A DNA stretch of 64,000 nucleotides from an uncultured Collinsella sp. (GCA_900541785.1 UQKY01000003.1:7462-71461); one strand, 5' to 3'. Counted from the stretch's first letter, positions 13,609 through 23,392 are shown. Made by a program: numbers and translations. Notes: generated from the letters alone by a model not told the origin.

Positions 13609-14886
13609 CTAGTGCTGCGCGACGACAACGCCCAGGCCATCGGGAATGACGGCCACCTTGGCGTCAGCACCCTTCATCTCAAAGGCGAGCTTGAGCGCCT
13701 CCTCGATAGTGTTGACCGGCGTCATGTGCATATCCTTGAGCATCTGGTGATCGCACAGGTCGGTGACCATAATCACGGGATGATGTGCCAGGATGCGAGC
13801 GAAAATCTGGCTCGTCCACTGGTCGGGCAGGGTCTCGTCCTTAGGACGATCGATGCAGGCGCGCTCAAACTCCGCCGGGTCGTTGTCGGCGATGTTGTGA
13901 TAGAAGCCCTCGCCGCCGTGACCGTCGGCACAACCGGCGACATCGATAATCACGCCGCCCTCGGGAAGTGTGGCCTCGGCAGCGCACATGCCCTTCACGG
14001 CCTGGTAGATGTTCTGATCGAGCGGGTAGCCGCCGTTGGTGGTGATGGCGATCTCGCACTCGACGGGCTCAACGCCGGCAAGGCTCTTCACGAACTCGCA
14101 GCCAGCCTCGTGTGCCTTGTGAATGTCGCCGGCAAAGGAGCCGATGACCTCGTGCTTGCCGTTGAGCACAACGTTAAGCACAAAGGCAAGGTGAGCCATC
14201 TCGGCAGCGGCAAACATGTCCTCGCTCACGTGGTTGTGGCACAGGTTGCCGGCACGCGAATGAGAATCGTTCACAAACTGACCGTTGTGGTTGTACATGA
14301 TGGTCTTGTAGCTGGCGATGCCAGGCAGGACGGACTTGCGGCTACCAGAGAAACCGGCAAAGAAGTGCGGCTCAATGAAGCCCTCGGCAAGCAGCAGATC
14401 GCAATCGACGGCAATCTTGTTGATGATGCACTCGCCACCAGAAGGCAGGGTGCCGATCTTTTTCATCATGCTGTCGTCAGTCGCGACGTGCATAACGATT
14501 TCCTCGTTGGCAACGATCTCCTCGCCGTACTTGTTGACGAGCTCCTCGTGCGTCGACGGACGATGCATACCCGTAGCAACCAGAATGCGAACGCGCGCTT
14601 CAGGCGCAGCAGAGTGGATGTGATGCAGCAGAATAGGCATCGTCACACGCGAGGGAACGGGACGCGTATGGTCGGAGCTAATGATGACGATATCCTTCTT
14701 GCCAGCACAGAGCTCCTCGAGCGAAGGCGAGCCGTAAGGGTTGGCAAGTGACTCCTCCACCAGCTCTTCCTGCGATTTCGTGGTCTTAAACTCGTTTTGA
14801 TGACCTTCCATCACACCTGCAAAGTTCTTATCCTCGAGCTCCAGATGCAACGTCTTGTGGTCAAACGGCAGTTCACATTCAAACAA
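13609..14886 (-). CDS. larA: LarA, nickel-pincer-dependent lactate racemase (DUF2088 family)
   Basis: Conserved LVATGMHRPSTHEE and ITTNGGYPLDQNIYQAVKGM segments match LarA. The ORF extends to 15123, but the likely start is a TTG at about 14886 with Shine-Dalgarno GGAAGAGGG (start uncertain). Confidence 0.75.
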   Translation of the reverse strand: MFECELPFDHKTLHLELEDKNFAGVMEGHQNEFKTTKSQEELVEESLANPYGSPSLEELCAGKKDIVIISSDHTRPVPSRVTMPILLHHIHSAAPEARVRILVATGMHRPSTHEELVNKYGEEIVANEEIVMHVATDDSMMKKIGTLPSGGECIINKIAVDCDLLLAEGFIEPHFFAGFSGSRKSVLPGIASYKTIMYNHNGQFVNDSHSRAGNLCHNHVSEDMFAAAEMAHLAFVLNVVLNGKHEVIGSFAGDIHKAHEAGCEFVKSLAGVEPVECEIAITTNGGYPLDQNIYQAVKGMCAAEATLPEGGVIIDVAGCADGHGGEGFYHNIADNDPAEFERACIDRPKDETLPDQWTSQIFARILAHHPVIMVTDLCDHQMLKDMHMTPVNTIEEALKLAFEMKGADAKVAVIPDGLGVVVAQH

Positions 14887-15475
14887 TGACGAGCGCCCTC
14901 TTCCTTTCAACTGACACACTAGATAAACCGTTGGAAGGATACGCCGCTCACCGAAAAACACCACCGTCCACCGAGTCATTAACACAACGTTCATATTTGA
15001 CCCACAACAAAACGGCCGCGATCCCAAACGGGACCGCAGCCGCCTGTAAAAGACACAATAGACAGGATGACTTACGCAGCCTCGAGGCAAACATCTACCC
15101 CGAGATGTACGCATGTAAGCCATTTTGCATAAATGCGTTAATATATTGCATAAAATGGTGCATGGATTTCAAACCGTAACAGGGTAGTACCCTCCGGAGC
15201 GTGCATTTTTGCGAGTATTCAGCATCGCGGGATAAGATTTTGGTGTCAAAAGTCTTTCAAAAGGTAGATAGTCCTCATGACTCGTCCCATCTGGATAGCA
15301 TACGGCGAGAAACCAGCCGTATACGGGCATCGCCAAGGCCCAATTGTCGTGCAAAAGCATCAACAAAGGCAGCGAAAGCCGGCTATGGCCTTATGCATCA
15401 ATCTTTGGCTGCTGAAAACTCCGTTTTTTGCACGTCGCCCCAAGCACCACCCTCACCCAGCGGCTGATCCGCCAA

Positions 15476-15870
15476 AGGTCGGACATCGCAGGGCCCGCCA
15501 TTAGTTTACTTTTAGGCACACTCCATAGGACGCAAGAAGCCCTCTCCGCACTCCACATTAGGCGCGAAGCGCACTTTATTTTCATCAGCTTTAATCCCCG
15601 AAGACCGAGGACGAAGGGACCCGATGGGTTTCCCTCTGAATGCATTCCGCAGCACGAAGCCCTTTCCAAGCGCGCGAAGCGCGCCATTATTTCCCCAGCA
15701 AGTAATCCACCGAAGACCGGACATCGTAGGGGCGGCCGTATGTTTTCTTTCCGGCGCATTCCGCAGGACGCAAGAAGCCCTCGCCGCACGAAGTGCGCAG
15801 CGAGGGCTTCTTGCATGTCCGAGGACGCGCCGGAAAGAAAACATACGGCGGCCCCGGACAACGACTACAG
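15476..15870. repeat. Tandem array of three roughly 115-125-bp units of the same palindromic element
   Basis: Unit boundaries ...ccgaa|gaccg(g). Units A (15476-15602) and B (15603-15714) are degenerate; unit C (15715-15856) is an intact hairpin with a 23-bp outer stem ggccgtatgttttctttccggcgc / gcgccggaaagaaaacatacggc. A covarying inner stem gcaagaagccctcg...cgagggcttcttgc is present. Confidence 0.7.
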
Positions 15871-15879
15871 GGCTATCGA

Positions 15880-18705
15880 TTACCCCGTGTTCTGCAAACC
15901 CGCCGAGACGCCGGTCACAGTCGAAAGAATCAGGCTCATGTACTCGGCCTTCTTCTCCTCGGCCATCTCGTCCTGGTTCATACGCACCTCGCGAAGGGCG
16001 CGGACCTGTGCGATGGACAGGGCGTCGACGTAGGGGTTACGCACGCGAACGGCGCAGCCGAGCACGCGGCGGCGCTGCAGCGGCCACTCGTCACCGACGA
16101 TAGCAAGGACCCACTTACGCGTGAGCTGCATCTCGGTGAAGACCTTCTCGGACAGATCCTGCCGATCGCCCAGGTGCAGATACATCTTGGCGATGCGCTG
16201 ATCGGTCTTAGCGATCGACATCTCGATGTTGTCGATAAAGGTGCGGAAGAACGGCCACTCCTGGTAGGCAGCCTTAAGCTGGTCCAGATCGCCAAACTGC
16301 TCGCAGGCGGTACCCAGGCCGTACCAAGCGGCCAGATTGATGCGCGCCTGGCTCCAGCTGAAGATCCACGGAATGGTACGCAGGTCGTCGAGCGACTTGG
16401 CACCCAAGCCGCGCTTGGCGGGACGCGAGCCGATCGGCAGCAAGCCGACCTCGGTCAGCGGCGTCACGGTCGAGAACCACGGTGTAAAGTCCTCGGTGTT
16501 CAGCAGGTCCAGATAGCGCTCGTGGCTTGCGGCGTTGAGCTTCTCGGCCATATCCCAGAACTTCTGCGTGGTCTCGGTGTTGGTCTTCTCGACACTCGGG
16601 GCCGACTGCAAAAGCGTTGCGGCGGCAACGGACTCAACATGGCGCTGAGCCAGCGTGCGGTTGCCGTAACGGGCAAAGATGACCTCGCCCTGCTCGGTGA
16701 GCTTAAAGAAGCAGTTGACCGAACCCTTGGGCTGAGCCAGCACGGCCTTGTTGGCCGGGCCGCCGCCACGGCCCACGGCACCGCCGCGACCGTGCATGAG
16801 CACCAGGTCGATATCGTTCTTCTCTGCCCACTTGGCGATGCGCTCCTGCGCGGAGTGCAGCGCGAGCATGGCCGTGGTAGGACCGGCATCCTTGGAGGAG
16901 TCGGAGTAGCCCAGCATAACCTCCATGCGGCGGTTGGTCTGGGCAAGGCGCTTCTGCACCACGGGCAGCGTGAGCATCTGGTCGAGCACGTCGACGCAGC
17001 CCTCGAGGTCCTCGAGCTGCTCGAACAGCGGGATCACGTCGAGCTCGGGGACATCCTCCTCGTGTGCAAAGGACAGGTGGGCAAGCTCAAAGACGTCGGC
17101 CACATGCTGGGCGCTCTTGGTGAACGAGATGATATAGCGGTGCGCCATCTTCTTGCCGTAGCGCTTTTGGATGGAGCCGATGGCACGGAAGGTGTCGATG
17201 ACCTCGCGCGTCATGGGCTGCAGGTCGCCATGGATACCGTTCTCGTGGATATCCTTGAGGGCGCGGGCATGCACCACGGAGTGCTGACGGAACTCCATCT
17301 CGACCATGTGGAAGCCGAAGGACTCGACCTGCCAGATGATGGTCTGCACCGGACCGTAGGCGGCACGGACGGCACCGCAGGCAGCCAGCGAACGCTGGAC
17401 GACACGCAGGTCATCCAGGAACTCATCGGCGCTGTGATACATCGTGTCGGTGATACGACGCACGGTGGCGTTCAGACGGTCGGCCATGACGAGCATGACG
17501 GCGCGATGCGGCTCGTGCTCGGAGATCAGCTCGGCGCGGGCCGTGTACCGAGGGCTCATCTCGACCTGATGGTTCCACAGGTTAATGAGCTCGGCCGACG
17601 GCTTGCTGTAGGTGGCCTCGAGCGTGAGGTTGCGGCCGATGTGGCGGCACTTGTCCTCGAGCTTGAGCACCATGTGCGTAAAGTACTTGGCGGCGACCTC
17701 ACGGCTCACCTTGGCGGTGACGTTGGGGTTACCGTCGCGGTCGGAACCGATCCAGCTGCCGGGATGGAAGAACGCCGGGCACAGCGGCGGCACAGTACCG
17801 GCCTTGTCGCCCAGCACCCAATCGTCAAAACGACGATAGATAACGGGGATAACGTCGAACAGCGTGTTATCGAAGATGTCGATGATGGTATCGGCTTCCT
17901 CGACCGGCGTGGGCTTCTTGAGCGCGATGGGGCTCGTACGCACCAGGGCGTCGATCTCCTGCAGCATATGGCGCTCGTTCTCCACCAGGTCGGAGCCGCC
18001 CAGACGCGGACGCTCCTCCAGCAGGTTGGAGATACGGCGGATCTTGCCCTCGACGGCCTTACGACGGGCCTCGGTGGGATGTGCGGTAAAGACAGGGTGG
18101 AACTCGAGCTTGTCGAGCAGCTCGTTGGCACCCTCGACACCCAGCTCATTCACCAGCTGGTGATAGGCAACGGTAAGCTCGTTGGCGGGATCGACCTCGG
18201 TATCGGTCGACGCACCGGCCTCGCGCTCGCGCAGCTGCGCCACACGGTAGTTCTCCTCCGACAGGTTTGCCAGATGGAAAAAGCTCGTAAAGGCGCGGAC
18301 AATGACCTGCTGCTTATCGAGCGGCAGGCTGTCGATCAAATCGACGACCTCACGAAATGCCACGGCAGTGGGCTCGTCGGCGGTGGGCACGCCCTGCTCG
18401 TCGACGGCTTCGTCGGCAGCGCAGGTACCGGGGTTGCCGGCATTGACCACAATCTCGGCTGTCAAAATCTTGTCGAACAGGTCCGCGATCTCGGGATCAT
18501 ACTCGCTAAGCACACGGCGCTCCAGGCGCAAGAACAGCGCCAGATTGTCGCGCAGCTCCTCGGGGATCTCGATCTCGGCGAGACGCTCCCTGGACTCGGC
18601 ATTCGAGCCGATTCGGTTAACGAGGCGGTTGACCACGGCAGCGACGCGCGCCGCGGCTTCGGGTACAGACTGGTTGCTTAGGTTCTCAGCCACGTTTCCT
18701 CCCAT
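15880..18705 (-). CDS. ppc: Phosphoenolpyruvate carboxylase
   Basis: 941 aa. Signature motifs FHGRGGAVGRGGGPA and the C-terminal ...IAAWYGLG... region are present. Shine-Dalgarno AGGAGG precedes the ATG. Confidence 0.95.
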   Translation of the reverse strand: MGGNVAENLSNQSVPEAAARVAAVVNRLVNRIGSNAESRERLAEIEIPEELRDNLALFLRLERRVLSEYDPEIADLFDKILTAEIVVNAGNPGTCAADEAVDEQGVPTADEPTAVAFREVVDLIDSLPLDKQQVIVRAFTSFFHLANLSEENYRVAQLREREAGASTDTEVDPANELTVAYHQLVNELGVEGANELLDKLEFHPVFTAHPTEARRKAVEGKIRRISNLLEERPRLGGSDLVENERHMLQEIDALVRTSPIALKKPTPVEEADTIIDIFDNTLFDVIPVIYRRFDDWVLGDKAGTVPPLCPAFFHPGSWIGSDRDGNPNVTAKVSREVAAKYFTHMVLKLEDKCRHIGRNLTLEATYSKPSAELINLWNHQVEMSPRYTARAELISEHEPHRAVMLVMADRLNATVRRITDTMYHSADEFLDDLRVVQRSLAACGAVRAAYGPVQTIIWQVESFGFHMVEMEFRQHSVVHARALKDIHENGIHGDLQPMTREVIDTFRAIGSIQKRYGKKMAHRYIISFTKSAQHVADVFELAHLSFAHEEDVPELDVIPLFEQLEDLEGCVDVLDQMLTLPVVQKRLAQTNRRMEVMLGYSDSSKDAGPTTAMLALHSAQERIAKWAEKNDIDLVLMHGRGGAVGRGGGPANKAVLAQPKGSVNCFFKLTEQGEVIFARYGNRTLAQRHVESVAAATLLQSAPSVEKTNTETTQKFWDMAEKLNAASHERYLDLLNTEDFTPWFSTVTPLTEVGLLPIGSRPAKRGLGAKSLDDLRTIPWIFSWSQARINLAAWYGLGTACEQFGDLDQLKAAYQEWPFFRTFIDNIEMSIAKTDQRIAKMYLHLGDRQDLSEKVFTEMQLTRKWVLAIVGDEWPLQRRRVLGCAVRVRNPYVDALSIAQVRALREVRMNQDEMAEEKKAEYMSLILSTVTGVSAGLQNTG

Positions 18706-18950
18706 TCCTCCTTCTATGCACGTAACATGCGGTATTCATTATAGGCGCTTGAGAAATACTTTCGACACTGATTGCGCTTTACCACACAAAAGTATTTTCT
18801 GCATTGCAAAGGTTTTTGCCCTAAATGGTCGTATTTCTCGGTGGGCGGCATACGTAAACGGGGGCATTCCGCATAAAAGCGAAACACCCCCGTAACAATC
18901 GCTCTCCATGAGCAGGGCACGTTAGCAGGCCCGAAGCTCAAAAAGATGCG

Positions 18951-20270
18951 CTACAGGCGCTCGCGAACCGCCTCGACGACGTTGTCCAGATCGGCGAGCA
19001 CCTCGTCATGGCTCTGCATGTCGCGCACTTTGACCTTGCCGGCGGCAAGCTCGTCGCCACCCAGGACCAAGATGAGCTTGGCGCCTACCTTATCGGCTTG
19101 CTTAAACTGGGCCTTGAGCGAACGACCCTGATAGTCGGCCTCGGTCACGATACCTGCGGCGCGAAGCTCCTGCGTAATGGCAAAGACGTTCTGACGCAGC
19201 TCCTTGCCGGCGTTGGCGACATAGACGCACGGGGCCTCATCGGCACCCAAATCGCTGCCAAAGGCCTGCAGGGCCAGCAGGGCGCGCTCAAAACCGACAG
19301 CAAAGCCGACGCCCGCCGTGGGCTTGCCACCCTCGAGCTCGACCAGGCCATCGTAGCGGCCGCCGCCGCCGATGGAGCCGACGCCGGCGCCAGGGGCCTC
19401 GACCTCAAAGACAGTACGGGTGTAGTAGTCCAGGCCGCGCACCAAGGTGGGATCCTCGACATACTCGATACCGGCGGCATCCAGATAGCGCTTGACCTGC
19501 TCGTAGTGCTCGCAGCACTCATCGCACAGGTTGTCACCCATCAGCGGAGCCTCGGCCATGATCTCGCGGCAGTGGTCGTTCTTGCAGTCGAAGGCACGCA
19601 GCGGGTTGAGCTCGGCGCGCTCGCGGCACTCATCGCACATCTCGTCGGCGTGATCGAGGATGAACTGTTTAACCTGCTCGCGATAGGCCGGACGGCATTG
19701 GGCATCGCCCATCGAGTTAATGAGCAGACGGAGCTTGGAAAGATCGAAGCCCAGGCGCTTGTAGAACTCCATGAGCATGATGATGCACTCGGCGTCTGCC
19801 GCCGGATCGGGAGCGCCAAGCCACTCGATGCCCACCTGGTGAAACTGGCGCAGACGACCCTTCTGGGGACGCTCGCCACGGAACATGGCCTCGGCATAAT
19901 AGGCCTTAAACGGCGTGGAGCCCTGGGGCACCAGGTTGTTCTCCACGACGGCGCGCACCACGCCGGCCGTGCCCTCGGGACGAAGGGCCAGGCGCTGCTT
20001 GGGCTTAAGCTTGGTATCGGTGCCTTCGGTAAAGACGCGCTCCAGGTTGGCACCGCTAAACACGCGGAACATCTCCTTGCGAACGACGTCGGTCGACTGG
20101 CCGATACCGTGGACAAACACGTCCACCTGCTCGATCGCGGGCGTCTCGATGGGCTTAAAGCCAAACGGCTCGAACACGCCGGCCGCAATCTGCTGCATCT
20201 TTTGCCAGGCGCGCATCTCGGCGCCGATAAGGTCGCGGGTTCCCTCCGCCTTCTGTGCCTGCATGGGCAA
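18951..20270 (-). CDS. hisS: Histidyl-tRNA synthetase
   Basis: 439 aa. Class II motifs are present, including RLALRPEGTAGVVRA and the C-terminal anticodon-binding domain. Confidence 0.95.
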   Translation of the reverse strand: MPMQAQKAEGTRDLIGAEMRAWQKMQQIAAGVFEPFGFKPIETPAIEQVDVFVHGIGQSTDVVRKEMFRVFSGANLERVFTEGTDTKLKPKQRLALRPEGTAGVVRAVVENNLVPQGSTPFKAYYAEAMFRGERPQKGRLRQFHQVGIEWLGAPDPAADAECIIMLMEFYKRLGFDLSKLRLLINSMGDAQCRPAYREQVKQFILDHADEMCDECRERAELNPLRAFDCKNDHCREIMAEAPLMGDNLCDECCEHYEQVKRYLDAAGIEYVEDPTLVRGLDYYTRTVFEVEAPGAGVGSIGGGGRYDGLVELEGGKPTAGVGFAVGFERALLALQAFGSDLGADEAPCVYVANAGKELRQNVFAITQELRAAGIVTEADYQGRSLKAQFKQADKVGAKLILVLGGDELAAGKVKVRDMQSHDEVLADLDNVVEAVRERL

Positions 20271-20322
20271 ACACCTTTCTTTTGTATCGCGTCATAGGTA
20301 GTGGACATTATACGGCACAAAG

Positions 20323-20458
20323 CAGCAACGCGGCGGCGCGTCTGACCGAACGAGGGTATGGGGGCTCGTTCGGCCAGACGCGCCGCCGCTGTTTGTGATC
20401 CGTTTTCCTCCGTCCCCTTCGGATCACGTGATCTGTTGGGGACGGAGGAAAACGGATC
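20323..20458. repeat. Two long perfect palindromes in the hisS upstream region
   Basis: gcggcggcgcgtctgaccgaacgag / ctcgttcggccagacgcgccgccgc (about 25-bp stem), then gatccgttttcctccgtcccc / ggggacggaggaaaacggatc (21-bp stem) whose loop contains the palindrome ggatcacgtgatc. Confidence 0.7.
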
Positions 20459-20562
20459 ATTTCGTAGGCCCGCCTTGGAAACCGAATGATGGTACGAGCA
20501 TCCATTCGGCTTCCAGGGCAGCCACGGGCAGAACGGGGCGAACGGAAAAGAGCGACGGGCGT

Positions 20563-20787
20563 CTACTCCCCCGCCACGCTCGCGCGCAGCTTGGCGGCGA
20601 TGGGCTCGGATGCCAGCAGGAACACGAGCATGACCGCGGAGCACGCCAGGCACACAATCCAGGTGCTCGCAAAGGAGCCCGTGGCATCGAACAGCACGCC
20701 CGAGACGATGGCGCCGGTAGTGCCCAAGATTGCCTTGAAAGACAAGGGCATAGGCCTTATGGCCATGCCCGCAGGCTTGAAAGGCAA
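20563..20787 (-). pseudogene. Possible C-terminal remnant of an MFS transporter gene
   Basis: The 74-aa ORF ...GAIVSGVLFDATGSFASTWIVCLACSAVMLVFLLASEPIAAKL resembles the last TM helix and tail of MFS transporters (G-x-L-x-D-x-x-G-S motif). No upstream part of the gene exists, because the M20 peptidase gene ends at 20797. Confidence 0.3.
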
Positions 20788-20796
20788 GGTTGGGCA

Positions 20797-22146
20797 CTAC
20801 CGCTGGTCGGCGATATAGCCCAAAGCGACTGCCGCATAAGCCGCGGCGCCGAGCGGCAGCTCGGCATCGCTAAAGCGTGCCTTGGGATGGTGCTGAGCAA
20901 AATGCTCGTCCGTATCAGTCACGGCAGCGCCCACGGTAAAGTACGCACTCGGGATCTCGCTCGAGATCAACGCGAAGTCCTCGCTCGCCATGGCGTGGAA
21001 CAGTGGCAAGAAGGCGGACTTGGGCAGCACCGCGCCCACGTAGCCAAGCGACGCCTGCGTCATGTCGTCATCGAGTACGAGCGGGGGAACATCCGAGAGC
21101 GTCTCGATAGTCGCCGGCGTACGATAGGTCGTGGCCACGCCTTTGACGACCTCCGCGATGCGGGTCTTGAGGTGCTCCATGAGCTCGACGTCGAAGCCAC
21201 GCAGCGTTCCCTCGAGCACACAAGTGTCGGGGATGACATTTGCGGCCTGACCGCCGGCGAACTTGCCAACGGTCAGTGCGACCTCCTTGGCCGCCGGCAC
21301 TTCGCGAGCGATGAGCTCCTGAAGCGCCAGGTGCACATGGACGCCGGCCGTGATGGGGTCGATGCAGATCTCGGGGCTCGAGCCATGGCCGCCCTTGCCC
21401 TGCAGCGTGATGCGAAAACCGTACACGCCCGAGAGCGCCGGGCTGCCGTAGAGCACCAGGCCAAGCGGCGACTGGCTATTGACATGCATAGCAAAGGCGA
21501 CCTGAGGACGCGGGTTCTGCAGCAGACCGTCGGCGATGGCGGCGCGGGCACCCTCAAAGGTCTCCTCGCCCGGCTGGAACAGCAGTTTGACGGTTGCATT
21601 GGCGTCGATAAGCTCGGCCTCGCGGGCCTTGAGCAGGCGTGCCGCACCAAGCAGCGCCGTCGCGTGCATATCGTGACCGCAAGCATGCATGCAGCCGTTC
21701 GTAGAGGCGAAAGGCTCGCCGGATTCTTCGGCAACGGGCAAGGCATCCATGTCGCCACGCAGCATGATGACCGTACCGGCCTGTTCGTCCGTGCAGACGC
21801 CATTGCCCTGGGCCGCGGCGGCACCGACGCCGACAAGGCCCACAACACAGGAACCATCGACGAGCGTGGCAAATGGGATGTCCATCTCGGTCAGGCGCGC
21901 TTGAATATACGCAGAGGTCTGCGGGAGGCTATTACCCAGCTCGGGCATCTGGTGTAAATCGTGTCGCCACGCAGCGAGCTCGTCTGCAAAAGCCTGAGCT
22001 TCTGCAACAAGACCGTCACCGATAGCGGCCTGCGCCGCCGCGGTGGCCTTGGGCGCTGATTGCGGTTGAAGATCGGACAAAGCTGGTGCCATAGATGCCC
22101 TCCAGTATCGTTTTTGCAGCAAGCACTTTGATAGCATAAAGTGCAA
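20797..22146 (-). CDS. M20D-family amidohydrolase (N-acyl-L-amino acid amidohydrolase/hippurate hydrolase-like)
   Basis: Metal-binding motifs ...MHACGHDMHATALLGAA... and ...LLFQPGEE...; the size is typical for this family. Confidence 0.8.
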   Translation of the reverse strand: MHFMLSKCLLQKRYWRASMAPALSDLQPQSAPKATAAAQAAIGDGLVAEAQAFADELAAWRHDLHQMPELGNSLPQTSAYIQARLTEMDIPFATLVDGSCVVGLVGVGAAAAQGNGVCTDEQAGTVIMLRGDMDALPVAEESGEPFASTNGCMHACGHDMHATALLGAARLLKAREAELIDANATVKLLFQPGEETFEGARAAIADGLLQNPRPQVAFAMHVNSQSPLGLVLYGSPALSGVYGFRITLQGKGGHGSSPEICIDPITAGVHVHLALQELIAREVPAAKEVALTVGKFAGGQAANVIPDTCVLEGTLRGFDVELMEHLKTRIAEVVKGVATTYRTPATIETLSDVPPLVLDDDMTQASLGYVGAVLPKSAFLPLFHAMASEDFALISSEIPSAYFTVGAAVTDTDEHFAQHHPKARFSDAELPLGAAAYAAVALGYIADQR

Positions 22147-22208
22147 GGTACTACTTTAAGGGCGAGGCATAAAAAATGCCGCCCCGGGAGGGCGGCGCAA
22201 CAAGTTGT

Positions 22209-23192
22209 TTACAATTGCGGGCGCGGCTTTCGACGCAAAAAATCGAAGTGAGTCTCGCTCAAGATAATCGACAGGAAGATGAGCGCGAAGCCGGCGAGCA
22301 GGCGCGAGGTGAGCGCCTCCCCCATCAGCAGCACCGAGAACAGCACACCCGAAGGCGACTCCATCGAAAGGAGCAGCGAGCCCGTCGAGGCCGGGACATG
22401 CGCCAGGCCGACGTTTTGGATGAGCAGAGCCGCGCATGTGCAGCCCACCGAGAGAAACGCCATCGCACTGATAAAGCTCGGCGTCCACACGGACAGAGGC
22501 GCTTGGGTCTCGAATAGCAGCGACGTTGCCAGGCTCAGCACGCCGTTGCCCACAAACATCCAAAACGTGATGACGTTGATGTCCATTTTGCGACCGTACT
22601 TGGCAGTCACCGCCATCTGGATGGCGAAAAAAGCCGCACCCGCCAGCGTAATGACGTCACCAATGTTGAATTCAACGCTATCGAGTGCGACGAGGCCAAT
22701 GCCCGCTAGGCACAGCAGCGCGGCACCCAAGTTGTAGCGCGTGAGCTTTTCGCCGCTCAGGAAATAGCTCGCAAACGGCACAAGGATGCAATACGTGCCC
22801 GTCAAAAAAGCATTCTTGCCCGCCGTAGTATGTGCCAGACCGACCGTCTGCAACGCATAGGCCGCCCACATGAGCACGCCCATACTCAGGCCAACGATCA
22901 GGTTGCGAGCGTTGAGGTGCGCGATGATGCGCTTGTGGAAGACGACAAACATGACCAACGCTGCGGGCAGAAAGCGTACATAGAGCAGTTCAAACACCGG
23001 AATGGTGCCGAGTGCGTCCTTCATAGTGGTAAAGGAGTAGCCCCAGATGACCGCCACCGAAAGGAGCAGAACCTTCCAGAACAGCGGCGAGCGAGCGCCG
23101 GCGCCGCGGGAGGTGCCGCCCGCGCCCAGGTCCTCGCGAGCAACAGGGCTATCGGGCAAGTTTTCGATTTCGTTGGCAGCGTATTGGGCCAT
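22209..23192 (-). CDS. EamA/DMT-family transporter
   Basis: 327 aa with ten TM segments and a duplicated EamA-like organisation. Confidence 0.8.
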   Translation of the reverse strand: MAQYAANEIENLPDSPVAREDLGAGGTSRGAGARSPLFWKVLLLSVAVIWGYSFTTMKDALGTIPVFELLYVRFLPAALVMFVVFHKRIIAHLNARNLIVGLSMGVLMWAAYALQTVGLAHTTAGKNAFLTGTYCILVPFASYFLSGEKLTRYNLGAALLCLAGIGLVALDSVEFNIGDVITLAGAAFFAIQMAVTAKYGRKMDINVITFWMFVGNGVLSLATSLLFETQAPLSVWTPSFISAMAFLSVGCTCAALLIQNVGLAHVPASTGSLLLSMESPSGVLFSVLLMGEALTSRLLAGFALIFLSIILSETHFDFLRRKPRPQL

Positions 23193-23392
23193 GGAACATC
23201 CTCACACTCAAACTGGGCGTGGTGTCCGCACGCGTATGGCTGCGTGCCGCCTCATGGTCAAATAAAAACGGGGCGCACCGGACCCCCGGCACGCCCCGCT
23301 ACTGTATCAACAACCAAGCGGCACACGCAATTCACTACGCTAAAGCATCGGCAGAGCACACCTCGATGTTCCGGTAACGCCACGCTGTTGCG

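Noticed and set aside
15476-15870. Possible CRISPR array
   Set aside because: The repeat units are about 120 bp, mutually degenerate and themselves long palindromes. There are no short unique spacers and no cas genes. This is a tandem palindromic-element array, not CRISPR.
15793-18681. 962-aa plus-strand ORF
   Set aside because: Antisense shadow of ppc; no recognisable motifs; GC3-driven open frame.
19008-20797. 429-aa plus-strand and 418-aa minus-strand ORFs overlapping hisS
   Set aside because: Both are alternative-frame or antisense overlaps of hisS, which has clear class II synthetase motifs.
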